This document shows positions 11,845 to 24,690 of a DNA stretch of 64,000 nt, one piece after another (position 1 is the stretch's first letter; the number at the start of each line of letters is the position of its first letter). The position numbers and the translations under genes are program-made. This DNA comes from Paramecium tetraurelia (lineage: Eukaryota), in the NCBI GenBank assembly GCA_000165425.1, contig CT868015.1, positions 186,001 to 250,000 on the forward strand, in the 5' to 3' direction. The notes under the pieces were generated by a model. The model saw only the letters and a list, made by a program, of their open reading frames with translations, had not been told where the DNA came from and did not search any database.

Positions 11845-14800
11845 TCAAAAGATGCCGCAATGGCATGCTTGCTTATTCTAATTTTTCTTGGCTTTAATAC
11901 AAGATGTTGGTTAACTATTTTCACCTGTATTGACATTAACTAATATACTGTTTTCAAGGTTATCATGCCCATCTTTTTATATCCATATGCTTTATTTTTC
12001 TTTATTATTCATTAATTATTTTAATAATACACATCAATCACTTCATATTGTATCTCAAAAGCCAAATTAAATTTACTGTTCCTCAATAACAGCTAAGGTT
12101 CACTAAGTAATTTCTTGTCACTCAATCTTAACCAAGTACCATTTTTTGAATTTTAATCATCAATAATAAATTTTGGTTCTCCATCCTTTGAAACATAAGA
12201 AATTATGCAATGAATCTAAGATAATAGTTGATGAATGGGATATCCTATAAATTAATAATGGGTTCGCTTTAAATCCCTCCCTATAGACCAAGTTTCCCCA
12301 ATCTTAAGATTAACTTATTTTGTATCAATCAATTCCTTATCAAATGCAAATGTTAAAGTTCCCTCTATTTCATTAACCTCTAAAATTTGAAAAGCTTGCT
12401 TGTCTCCGATATAAAACACCATAGCCTTTTTTATCCTCATTTTATTAGCATTTAAGAAAGTCCCTCTCTTGGACCCTAAATCCTACAAATGAAACCTATC
12501 TTTTCTATTTCATAAATATACCATTTACAACTGTGATCCTTGCATGTTTGGAGGAGATCTTTGATTAATCTTACAAAACATACTGATTATCTTGACTTCT
12601 ACCGAAAGTTGCACCAATCAAATTTATAAGCAATATCTATTTCATTTTATAATTATCTATACTTTATGAAATTGCTCAGACTTTATCTTCATTTAATGAC
12701 TGACATTTAAAATAAATGGATTTGTTATAACACTTTATAAAGATGCTTGTTCAATAGAAGTAATTAATTTAATTCTTTTCTATCTTGTTGGAGTTCTATT
12801 TTGAATTTCTCCCTTCTTCTTTTCATCTCCTTCTTGAAATGACACTTTTAACTTTACACTCTTTTGTTATTTTTTTTTATCCTAAGGGTATTACACCTCC
12901 TAAATGATTTGTTCTATATTAATGGATTATCCCATAGGATCTGGATTACTTTTAATATTTGGTTTATTATTACTAGTGTTATTAATATTATTATTAGTAA
13001 ATGTAGATTAACCCATCATTATTGATTATCCCACCATTTCAGATTAACCTAAACTATTACTTTTAGGATCCTGCAACATTACCGATTATTGCATTTATTA
13101 ATTTTGATTTCCAGGAAAAGCCACTGATCCTTGCATTTGATTTGAAAAATAAACAGACCCTTCCATCTTTTATGCCTATTGTTCTTATTGAGGAAAATAA
13201 ACTGATTCTTACATTTACTATTTTTGAGGAATAAAACATACTGATTCTTGCATTTACACTTACTCTTTTTAAGGGAATATTACAGATTCTTACATTTATT
13301 ATTGCTATCCTTATGTTTAAGAAAAATACACAGATTCTTACATAGGCTTAATATCTTGTTGTATAAAATACACTGACTCCTGCATTTATTATTATTATTC
13401 TGGATTAGAAAAATATACGCTCCCTTGCAATTCTTATTTTTATGGAAAATAAACTGATTCTTACATTGGTTTTTAGCTATCTGCTGTATTCTTAGCAGAA
13501 TCAATTAGTGGAGTCCCTTAAGTAGTAGTTGTTTCATTTGTAATGCAATTCTCAGACGAAGTATCCTAAGCTTTATACTCTAATTCTTTTTAGCAATACA
13601 TGAGATCCTATCTTTAACGTACACTGCTTTCAATACCTGAATTAGCCTTTTGAATTTTCTGCAAATCCTCATTATTTTTAACATGGTGCTACACACCTAC
13701 AGAGTTTGATCTAAAAGCATCTATGGCAATGGATTCATGACGACCATCTTCTAAATTAAAGACTTTAAAAGTTTCCAAGTCATCTGAAGTTTAAGCTTTT
13801 TTATCAGGAGATTTCTTCCAAACTTATGGACATTTTACATTAAAATAGAATAAATCATAATAATCAAAATGACTAATTTGTTAACCCTCTGTTTAAAATT
13901 GATCTATTTCTAAACAATTATAAATAGTTTGGTTCAATGTATTGGCTAAGTAAAATAAAGTTAAAAACACATTTTGAATATATGTATATTTTTAGAGTTG
14001 AGTAAGTTTAGAATGAGTTTGAAGTCTAACATTTTGAATTTTTGTGTTATGTTATAGGTCAAAATTAAATAATTTTAGCAATTAACTTGTTTCTGTAAAT
14101 GGACATTTTCCTAAAACAGAAATTACAAATCCATCAATTAGATTTTATTTAAAAAGCTCATCTAAGCAATTCAATTTAATAATTTTTAATAGAACACTTA
14201 CTTATTCAACATCCCAAAAAAGAGGAGATTCTTTAGGCAAATATTACAAATTAGTAAATAATAGTTTGATCAAATTGGATTTAATATAGATATCATTATT
14301 TCTTCTATGTTCAATAGTTTTATCTGCCATAAAAATTTGTTTAGTATAACAAGTAATTTATTATAAAATCTCCTACAACAATTCACAAGTACATTTTCCT
14401 TCAGGTCCAGAACACCTACAACATTTTCCTCGTGAACAAATTCTACTTCTATGCAATCCTTATAATCTTTTAAGTGAAAAACGATTGGCCTCATAAATAT
14501 TGAGGAATGAATGACCATATTTTCAATTTAATGATTTGATAATGAATGTTTTTATCGCTATAGTTTCGATAAAAGAATTGATTTGCCAAACAAAATTTCT
14601 TTTATAACATCATTCTATAATCCTTAAGCCTCTAAAATTGAGATTTTATCCTAGACCTTCTCATGATGTCTTTTTTGTTTTGCACCAAGCACATTGTTTA
14701 TAAGTAGATGATCTACGTTTAATTGTTTATTATTATGAATCTAAATATGATAAGCGTGAATGTAATACTCTTAAAATCTCTTTGGCCCATTCAAGTTTGT

Positions 14801-14903
14801 AATGATCACAAAAGTTACGTATTTAGTCAATAGTCCATTATGAGGGAGGGGTTTTTTGAGAATTGAGTTATTAAAATATGGACTCTAATTATGTTAAATT
14901 CAT
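11845..14903 (-). CDS. Tandem FHA-domain protein with internal MQESVYF repeats and CaaX-like end (5' end uncertain; alternative ATG at 14790)
   Basis: FHA1: TFGRSQDN...ISSKHARI...DLGSKRGTFLN; FHA2: SIGRD...LSQIHC...DQNSKNGTWLR; ends ACHCGIF*. Confidence 0.75.
13070..13467 (-). repeat. About 10 imperfect coding repeats of consensus MQESVYF plus Q-rich spacer
   Basis: Recurrent + strand motif gattctt(a/g)cat; units MQESVYF, LQGSVYF, MQESVYF, MQESVYF, MQESVIF, MQESVCF, MQESVYF, MEGSVYF, MQGSVAF, MQQSVML. Confidence 0.85.
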
Positions 14904-14940
14904 AAGAAAAATTTAATAATATTGCAAAAAATAATTCATT

Positions 14941-16485
14941 TCAATAATGTGGACTTTAAACAAGAGAACTGCTTGTTTAAATCGATTGTTTTCTTTTTAT
15001 TTATGAAACATTGGAAGCATTTTAATCAATTTCGGATAATTTTTTAGTTGTTTTATTAAGGAACGGCTTTTGAAAAGTGTTAGCTAAATGTTCACTAAGG
15101 ATTTATTAACTTTAGCTAGAGAAGAATTAATCACTCTAGGTTCTAGTATGTAGCTGAAATGGACATAATTTTGGCGAATGATGCTATTGAGGTGATAAAT
15201 TATTAGCAGCAACTGTTTTATATGGTGTTTGTATAATATTTTAATGATTGCTATAAGTTGAGACACTTCTGTTATATTCTGTTTTGAACTAGTAGATGTT
15301 TCCTCTTCTAAAATTAATAAGCTTATTCACAATATCCTTGTATTCTTGTACTGAATACAATTCATTATCATTTTTTAAAGCTTAAAATTATTATACTGAA
15401 GGAGATGGTGGCATAGGAGATTATCTTCCTAATTATGCCTCAAATATAGGAGTTAAATTTTTAAGATATGGATGCTTTAAAGCTTCTGAAGCAGACATTC
15501 TTTATTTAGGATTATATTGAAGACATTTTCTTGAAATAATCAACATAATATAAATACCGTATAAAATCTCTCTCTAATGGATCAAATGAACTCATCATTT
15601 CATACAACTTTGGATATTTCTTTTCTACACCTGTAGTGAGCGATTAAAGAGTTTTCAAATTTTTTTAATTAAGTTGAAACGATTTTATATCTGCATATTT
15701 TGGTACTCCTAGAATTTCAAACATTTCGGCAATTTAACTAAAATCTTATTGCTATTTGAACAAGGCTTAACCAGAAATCATCTCGTATAAAATACAGCCC
15801 ACATTCCACATATCAACTGAGGAGGAATAAATTGATGAATTAAAGAGTATTTCTGGAGCCCGATATGTTTTCGTGGCCACATTTTAGGTATAACCGCATA
15901 TTGCTTTTAAAAATTTATTGAAAAAGTACTCTCGTCGGTATCTTAATATGTTCGAGCTAAGCCAAAGTCAGCTAGCTTAATATGGCAAGTCTTCTATATT
16001 AGTATGTTCGAGGGTTTTAAATCTCTGTGAATTAATCCACCAGAATGAATATAGTCTAAGGCTTTTAATAATTAGTAAATGATAAAATTTTGTTGAATTG
16101 GCATCAGTTATTTTGATTGAATTACCTAGATATCAAGATTTTGTACTTTATGGAGATCTGAAAATACATATTCAAAAACCAAATAGAGGTCATTCGAATT
16201 TTTTGATTGGATAACTTTATCCAAACAAACAAAACTTTAATGATTAGATAATTAAGAAAGAAAGCACACTTCTCTAACAGTTCTTTTTGCATCTACACTA
16301 TTCCTAAATGCACCTTTGATCTTAAATTAATATCTTATTTATACTTTTTTTATGGCTTATATATTGTTATTGCTACGATCGATAGCTTTCCATACTTTAC
16401 CATACGATCCCTCTCCTAAAACCTTCTGGATCTCATATTGCTACAAGATATGACTTTCTATCTCATGCTAATATTATATACTCAT
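14941..16485 (-). CDS. MAPK-like (ERK7/8, MAPK15-type) CMGC kinase lacking the TxY motif
   Basis: [71 protein letters not shown]. Confidence 0.85.
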
Positions 16486-16566
16486 ATTAATTTATAATCT
16501 TTTGCTCCATTTAACATCCTTAATAATAACAAAAACAGATAGATTAATAATATATTTATATGACTA

Positions 16567-16915
16567 TCATTATTTAATCTCCTCATTGACTCTTTTTTTT
16601 CCATCATCAGTTACCTTTAAAGTAACAATAATCTTGGCTTTGGTCCTATTATCTTCAAATTTCTAAGTGAATGTATTGATATTCTCAATTGTCACGTAAT
16701 CTAAGTGTTATTTTAGAGCAAGTACTTTGTCGTTAAAGTTATTCAACCACTTTTACTGCCTTTGAAATGGTTTCACCCAATGCATGTACTTCCACAACAT
16801 CAAATTTCTTGAGATATATTTTTGCAATAAACACTGATGTTTTTGGAAGAGTCTTTCCATTCAAGTTATAAACATTAGTCTCTGGATTGAAGGGAGTCTT
16901 CTTTGGTATGTCCAT
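16567..16915 (-). CDS. Alba-family nucleic-acid-binding protein
   Basis: VEVHALGETISKAVKVVEQL...TKAKIIVTLKV matches the Alba pattern (x-A-x-G-x-x-I-x-K-A-V); one tiny intron. Confidence 0.75.
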
Positions 16916-16980
16916 AAGTGTTGAAAGATTTGTATTAAAAAATAAATATTGGTAAATTTGACAATAAATATAACATTATG

Positions 16981-18107
16981 TCATGCAAGTTTATTTTCCA
17001 CTGCATCATCCTAATGTAAAGCTTCTTATTCCATTCCTTCATGTTATTTAGCCTCAGGTCTCTTAAATCTTCCAATATTGGATAGTTCATATTAACCATA
17101 GACGCAAACAATCAATGCAAAAAATAAGCATGGAATGATTGATGCAACCCAGGTAGCAGCCCATTCTACAGTATCATCATAATCCTTCATGTTATCTTCA
17201 CCCTCATAAATGAATCTCTATTTAAAATTACAATAAAATTTTACTCCTTTTATGAAATTCAAATTCTTGCCTTCCAACGAAGTTCTTTATAAAGTTTTCT
17301 CAAAATTTAAGCCCAATAATCCAAACAATAATGATTGTTTAATGAGTTAAGGTTATGTCAACACAAACCAATTGGTATTTCCACATGGTCTATTAAATAA
17401 TATGATTAGATATTTACGGGATATTGAGAGGTGCCTTATAAGATACAAAGCTTGTCATATCTGAATTATATGCACCAAGTATATTTTATTTGAAATCGAA
17501 ATCTGGAATTTAATCAAGATTTGTTGTAACATTCATGTTTATTGCATATCTGATATCCTGGGTCTCTGTTAATCCATAGACTGGTATTGATAATACTGCA
17601 TAAAGAGGTTCGACATCACATTATTGATAGATTTAATCCTAAATGAAAAACACTTGAATTTCAGCGTCAGGAGCTTTTGACCAAAAATCAAAATTATGCT
17701 CTGCACTTCCAATTGTGAAATACACAGATTGATATCTTGCAATGTTAGTGGCTCCCCAGGATATCAATTTGATTTAATCAGTCTTATATTAAGCCAAAGG
17801 TCCTGAAGCATTATCCATCACTAACTAAATCATGTCTTCAACATCTAAACTTATTTTGGGATTTAGTAAGGAAACTTGAGAGATGTCGAAGTTTTTTGTA
17901 TCTGATGTTATTCCTTATTTACACTGTTCAAATGCTAAATTTAGATTATATATTAATACATGTTATGGATTGGTAATTCCATTCATTATTTTAGGTGTTG
18001 GGACTGCTAGCTTTGTACTTATAGTTCAAGACTGAGTTTGTTTCCGTGCACAATTAAGCTGTTACAAAGACTACTTCAAAAATTAGAAATAGTAAAGCGT
18101 ATTTCAT
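16981..18107 (-). CDS. Type I membrane protein with alpha-carbonic-anhydrase-like domain (catalytic His absent)
   Basis: Signal peptide MKYALLFLIFEVVFVTA; GSAEH..AEIQVFF; YAVLSIPV; SYKAPLNIPPCGNTNWFVLTQP; TM WVASIIPCLFFALIVCVY. Confidence 0.7.
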
Positions 18108-18254
18108 TTAATTTAGATATTTATATTTTTGTAATTATCTGTTATTCATTAAATATATAAAATCTATTTTTAGCATACTCCGATCAATTTCCAAACTTAA
18201 ATCATATTTGTAAACTTTATCACAATTATTATAACATATTATTTTTATTAGAAA

Positions 18255-18735
18255 TCACAATTAAACAAGCAATTCATTGCAAACATCCATGATTTAAGAA
18301 AGGATTTGCACTTTTTAATCGTCGAGGTTCTATTTTGAGGACTGCTCAAACATTTTAATCTCTAATTTCATTTATTCTATAATGGAGTCTCGATTCCTCA
18401 TTTGTTGATGAATATTTTATAAATCAAGCTAGTACTGTGTTTTTAATTTTTACAATTCTTTATCCTTTTAATCATCCATTTTTTATTTTTACATCTCTAA
18501 ATTCTTTATGTCTTGAGTTTTATCCTATTATTCAATATGATTCTCTGAAGATGCATTTTTTAGATTTTGTAATACAATATCTTTTTATTGTGATTCCTCT
18601 GTTAATAATTATATTTTTGTATTCAAGTAATTAATCTAATTTCAATATTAATAATACTTTCTTTTCATAAATCTATTACATCAACAATATTTCTTATTAC
18701 TTGAGTTATTCAAGCTTTTTTATTTCCTAGTCCAT
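18255..18735 (-). CDS. Small coiled-coil hypothetical protein
   Basis: MDQEIKKLEQLKQQEILLMQQIYEKK, one 22-nt intron, Q/E/K-rich heptads to TGA. Confidence 0.65.
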
Positions 18736-18763
18736 AACGATATCTATTTTATTAAATTAATAA

Positions 18764-19416
18764 ATGGGAGTTAAGATAAATAAACAAATGGGTAAATTTA
18801 TTGTTAACTAAAGAACTAAAATGCTATAACGGTATCAACAAAATCTAAGGCAGTAAATAATAAAAATTTAAATTGCAAACTTCTCTTTTGATCCTAAAAT
18901 TTAAAAGAACAAAAAAGGTTTTCTTATAAATCAACAATCTATCATATAAAGGATTAAAATGATCTAAAATGCTAGAGTTTTAATTAGTTTTTATTGAACT
19001 CTCAATTGCAAAAAGTGCTGTTTACGTTTAAAATTATAATTTAATTTTTGGTGAATTTTTTTTAAATAAGAAAAAGGTAATACTTTTTATTGAATGTTTT
19101 AAAAAGCGGGTAAAAGAATTGATTTTTTTAAAGAATAACTAAATAATTATAAAGAAGAGGTGCTCGAGAAATGGTTTGGTATTTTAGTAAGAATTTCGAT
19201 ACAATTATGTTATTGGCAATGATCTAAAGAATTGTAAAGACTGTATTCACAATTTTAATTCTGTTGAAGTTAGAGAAGATTAAAATAAGAGGAAAAACAT
19301 ACAGAAAATAGTTAAATCAAATGAGTCAGGTATTAAAATTAAATGATAAAACATCAATAAAGCGAAGAAGGTCTAATTTTAAAGAGAAAATGAATTAGAA
19401 GAAATTTTAGATGTGA
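18764..19416 (+). CDS. Possible hypothetical protein or decayed gene
   Basis: Coding-like segments and two plausible GT-AG introns, but I could not join all exons in one frame. Confidence 0.25.
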
Positions 19417-19432
19417 AATTTGATTATAATTA

Positions 19433-20206
19433 ATGATAATTTTTTATATATTTGGATTTCTGTATTGTATAAATGCAGCACTTGATTATCCAACAGCATG
19501 TGATTGCAAAGAGCACATCGATTAAGATGCTTGTGAAGGTCATAATTGCCATTGGGCATAGTCAGAATGCAGAGTGTCCGAATGTGATGAAAGGTCATTA
19601 TCGAATTGCACAAGCGCATCCTAATTCTTGAGTTAAAATCCTTATTATTGTTTCATAAAGAATGGGAGATGTGAGAAATTGTCTAAATGTGAAGATATCC
19701 AAATAAGTTAAAGTAATGTTGGACAGGCTAGAGAATAATGCTAATTATATTAATGTGCTTATGATTTAGTAAGTGGATATTGTTTCAAACCTGAGAAGTG
19801 TGATGATATTTATGATTAATTTACATGCGATAGTTTCTTGATTGCTAAGAGTAGTCCATTGGAAATAGATTCTATTTGTTATTGGGACAAGAAATGCAAG
19901 GCTAGAAGTTCTTTTATTAATAATTGCAAATCCATTTATGACAAAGATGTCTGTTAATAAGGGGGATGTTAATTTGAAAATGATTAGTGTAAGGAGATTG
20001 ACTGCATTAATAGGAGTATCAAAGAGTGTAATGGAGAGTATGTGGATCATCAAGGGAAGGTTTTTGTATGTTATGAGAATAGTGATAAATGTGAGAAGAT
20101 TGAGACTGAGAAGCTGCACAAAGAAGTATGCAATTCTATGATTGGTCATACATATAAGGATAAACAATGTAAAAAATGCATTTCATATGCTGATCATTGG
20201 AAATGA
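19433..20206 (+). CDS. Secreted Cys-rich protein (257 aa), surface-antigen/mini-antigen-like Cys periodicity
   Basis: Signal-like MIIFYIFGFLYCINAA then regularly spaced Cys (CDCKEHIDQDACEGHNCHWAQSECRVSEC...), intronless, ends ADHWK*. Confidence 0.8.
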
Positions 20207-20565
20207 TTTAATTATATTAAATAAAGTTAGTGTTGTTTAAAATTAATTGTTTTTGCAAAATTTTTATATTTGAAAGGTTAATATCTAATTTCAAAGTTCT
20301 TGGAGACGAAATAATTTTTTTTAAAGGTATACCTTACAACACGAATTGGATGTGCAGATATGAATTTGCAGTAGAATAAAAAGGCGAGAGAGACAGCTTT
20401 TCTATTATTTAAATGAATTTTGATCAAATAAATTAGAATTTCATATAATCAAATGAAAAAGATTTAGTAATTGGGAAACATAATAAACGAAGTGATTATA
20501 AATACCTCATTTATCACTTTTCAATTCCAATAGATAATCTATATATAAAAATAATTAAAAATCAA

Positions 20566-20955
20566 ATGATTTCGAATCCTATGATGGAATCAGATTAGAA
20601 CAATCAACAAACCAGAAGTGGACAGTCCCAGGGAACTTATTAATTGGTAAAATCTAGTTAAATCGAACTATCAGTCAGGAATAAACTTATTGAATAGGAA
20701 ACAGAATATCCAAAAGTGCCACAGTCAAGATAAAAAGAAAAATTACTTTGCACTAGCTGCAATCAAGTGGTAGAATCAAACGTTCAGTATGAAATGGGTA
20801 GATGTAGTTATATCGTAATGATTATCCTCATTGCGGGTATAATTACTGCTATTTTGGCTTTCCTCCCATGCTTACTTGATAATTGCAAAGATGCTAAACA
20901 TAAGTGCTCCAAATGTGCATAGCTTATTGGTACCAAAAAATTTATATGTGGATGA
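20566..20955 (+). CDS. LITAF-like zinc ribbon protein (129 aa)
   Basis: CTSC...hydrophobic IVMIILIAGIITAILAFLPC...CKDAKHKCSKCAQLIG. Confidence 0.85.
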
Positions 20956-20998
20956 TAACAATTACTAGTAAACTATATATATTATTATTAAATATTTT

Positions 20999-21703
20999 AT
21001 GATGATTCGATCCTTTCATTCAATTTCGTTTCATCAAAGTTCATACACCCCTTCTTAGAACTAACTTCGTAGGACCAGCTGCCATTGTTCCCATTGTTCC
21101 AGTACAAATATTAAACAAATAACATTGCCCAATCAATTGTATGAAATACAAATGCACAGAAAAGCAAGGTTAGCCAATTTACTTTTAAATACTCTTAAAC
21201 CCAACGATAAATATATTAGGTCTAATCAAAAATTCAAGAAATTCCAAATATACTCTCGTAATCATCAACAATTGCATTCTCCTATCAATCATCCTACACC
21301 TCAACAAACATCAACTCCTCGCTCACCAGTTGAAATCAAAGATTGTTCTAAAAACAAGAAAATATCGTCCATGTATTCGCAAAATTAACATCCAAAAAAA
21401 TCAAATACCTACTTTTTAAATATACTTAAAACATAATTGACACGAATAGATAAAAACATAAATTAATTAATTCAAACTAGTAGATAACAAATCACTGAAC
21501 CAGATGATCTTAACATTACTTCAAAAAGAACCAAATAAACTATTATTAAAACAATTAAAAATCATCCTCCATACAAATCTGAAGATAGTATCGCCCTAAA
21601 TAAACGTATTCTTCCTCAAATAAAAAAGCATACTCCACCTAGCAATCTTTTAGCAAGAACTTAATTACGCCTATCTAGATTTGCTGTCCATTGTATTAAT
21701 TGA
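20999..21703 (+). CDS. Hypothetical basic low-complexity protein (234 aa)
   Basis: Continuous ciliate-code frame MMIRSFHSISF...RRTSCHCSHCS...VHCIN*. Confidence 0.7.
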
Positions 21704-22182
21704 TGATTCTATCCAATATTTATCTTTTTTAAATAATATAGAAATCAAATCTCCATATATTAGTTCCCTATAATAAACTTAGATTTTTTCTTTTTTGTAA
21801 ACCTAATGGTGTTTACACTTTTATTCATATATAGTTAAACATCAATATTTAGTATCAGAATTTTAATAAATTGGAGAAATTATCTTTAAATGTGTTTGAA
21901 GACATATTCAACTGTTTATTTCTATTGAATGTCATTTCATTCTTAAATAAATTCATATATGTCAATTATAAAGAATAAATTATTATTGCCTTTTAGTATT
22001 TTTAAATCTGAATATTTTTAATTTCTTTATGTTTAAAAAGACTCTTAACTTAGAATCTAAAATAGTTTTTAAGACTTTAGAGATGTATCCATTTTTAAAT
22101 ATATATAAAAAATTAATAAACCAAATTTTAGCTGAAATAATGTAATTTAACTTATTTATTATAATATATATATATTTAATGT

Positions 22183-23517
22183 TCATTTGACTTTCACTCT
22201 ATCAAATAATTTATCAACCACTCCATTCAAATTATTAATCAAACTAAGGGAATGTTGATATAAATTATCGTGCTTAACTGTATCAAACAAGATCAAACAA
22301 TCATTTCCTTAATCTAAGGTTCCATCGATTTTCTTATCCAAGATCAATTCAGATAATCTAATGTAATGAATTGATACTATACTTTCTTTAGATAATTTCG
22401 ACATCAATTTACATTCTTTAAGTAATATAATCGATTTAAACTTTAGAGTATGGTTGAATGACTTGAAACAGGTTCATTTCCAATAAGACTTCATATAACT
22501 ACTTGATGTGTAATCTCATGACTTTATCGCCTTCAATTTCTTCCCTATATTCTTCTAAGACCTTAGTAAATTCAATAAGAGATTTCTTTTAATTGCTATT
22601 GGAAATGGCTTTCATGGCTTCTAAGTGCTAATATTATTTAGATATATATAATTACTCTGCCTGCATATTTCAAACCATGCTTTCCAGTTAAAATTTATTT
22701 GACCTCATCAGTGGCTCCAATCATAATCTTACATAGCAACATGTATTTAAGGGTACCAAGAGCTCTCTTGTCTTCTAAATTATTGAATGCTTCAAAAGCC
22801 TCATAGAAATAGGAGTAGGAGGTTCTATAATCTCTTTCCTCTGCATAGAGAACACCAGCCATCATATCGATTTCAGCTTAAACGTGTGGGGGACAATAGA
22901 TTGTGTTTGAGCAGGCTCTGGCTGCTGTTAAGGAGGCTTTGGCCTTAGCGAGATTGGTTTATCCGAAATGCAATTTGCTTTCAATAAGATAGATTTCCAG
23001 AAGCAAATGCTTATCGTCAGCCTTTCTCACTTCGACTACAATCTTATCTATGATTTCGATTCCTTGTGAGAATTTCTCTTATTCATTATACAATGTTGCC
23101 AATCTGATTTGCATCTTGTGTTTTAGGTAATTCTTCTTGTCTCGTGCACATTGATCGATTAAGAATTGGCACATTTCAACTTATAATTCAACAGTGCCTT
23201 CTAATTATGAAACTTGATCAATCATTTGTCTCATAATTTTCGCAGCTCTTGTTTGATTGAATCCAGAGAAATCATGGGTTTTCATAATCTGAAATACTAA
23301 TTGTGGTTTGTTCTGTTTGCAATACAACGAGGACAATTTATTATATGCACTTTCTTTGTGTTTCAAATGCTCCTCAGATTTTGAATCTTTTCTATCATGA
23401 TTAAAACATACCGAATGTCAGCAATTTCAATAGTGCTGCTTCCAAATTGTTAGTATCAAGTCTAGCATTGTCTACTTCTTGTAAGAGAGCTTGAAATTTT
23501 TCTATAAGTGTTGCCAT
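22183..23517 (-). CDS. RPN6: 26S proteasome lid subunit RPN6 (PSMD11), PCI domain
   Basis: [75 protein letters not shown]. Confidence 0.95.
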
Positions 23518-23743
23518 TCCTATATTAATCGATTGATTTAAAATTAAATATTAATGATAAAGAATACTAATGTGAACTCTTTTTAGGTTTGATTTTAATT
23601 TATACTATTAAGATTTTTGAATCAAATGTCAATAATATATGGTGTCAATTTTAAATGAATATTCTGTCATCTATATAAGTGTTTTGATAATTTAGAAGTA
23701 AATAAAAAGATTTATAAACTAAAATAATAATCTTGTTCCAGAA

Positions 23744-24651
23744 ATGAATACTATAAAAGAGTTAAGTGAAGTGACATGTGACAAACTAGAGAATACTGAG
23801 ATTGAGAAAGAGAACTCATTCACATATGAGGAACCTCATTATGTTGTTGGTTAAGAGATGGTAATTATTTTATTTTAAATGAACTAGTTGGAAGAATAGT
23901 AGGATGATATTCAGTTGTAAGTCTATTCACCATAGTAGTTATTACAATTAAAAAAACCAAACCCTGTTAATTTTGATGAATTCATTTTGGACGAAGATCC
24001 TAAAAAGAAAGTGTGCACCTGGTAGGAAAACACTACGGCCGAGCAATCAGAAGTTCAAATGATGGGAGATTTGGAGAGACTAGCCCAACAATTGCAAAGG
24101 GATAATCAGAAGAGATATTCTTATCCTAAGAATCTCCCTGCTCCTTCCAATGTCGACTATCATTTCGAGGAATTGAACATGCGTTTTACTCCTTCTTAAA
24201 AGCAAGATGAATTTATTTCAAATTACGTAAAAGGAGACGACCTGCTCAGAATCAAGGTTGGATTGTGTGATGAAATTTTGAATGATGAGGAGACCCTAAA
24301 ATTTGAAGATTGGGTTGAATAATTGTGCACATCAACCAATTATGAATCTCTTAAGGAAATGGCAAGGAAATAGAAAGTTAAGAGATATTTAGAAAAAAAA
24401 CATAATCGTACTTATGAGAAGAAAGTCCACTATCACATTAGATAGAAGGTTGCTGAAGAAAGACTGAGAATAAAAGGGAGATTTGTCACTTGGGGTTAGG
24501 TAATACATTTAAATCATTCTTATAGGCATTAAACATGTTGAATGAACAGGACTAAAGGAAATCTTGGAGTTATAATGACTATGTCAAAATCAAAGGGTTA
24601 TTAAGTGAGAGGTTTGGAGGAGTCAAAAGCGAGAAATCATTAAGATTTTGA
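23744..24651 (+). CDS. CCT-domain protein
   Basis: RKQKVKRYLEKKHNRTYEKKVHYHIRQKVAEERLRIKGRFV matches the CCT consensus. Confidence 0.85.
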
Positions 24652-24690
24652 TTGTTTCAAACTTTCGTGTATTTAATATTATATTAATTA

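Noticed and set aside
13070..13467. Repeat-spacer pattern resembling a CRISPR array
   Set aside because: Repeats are degenerate at synonymous positions, keep codon phase inside a eukaryotic ORF, and no cas genes are present
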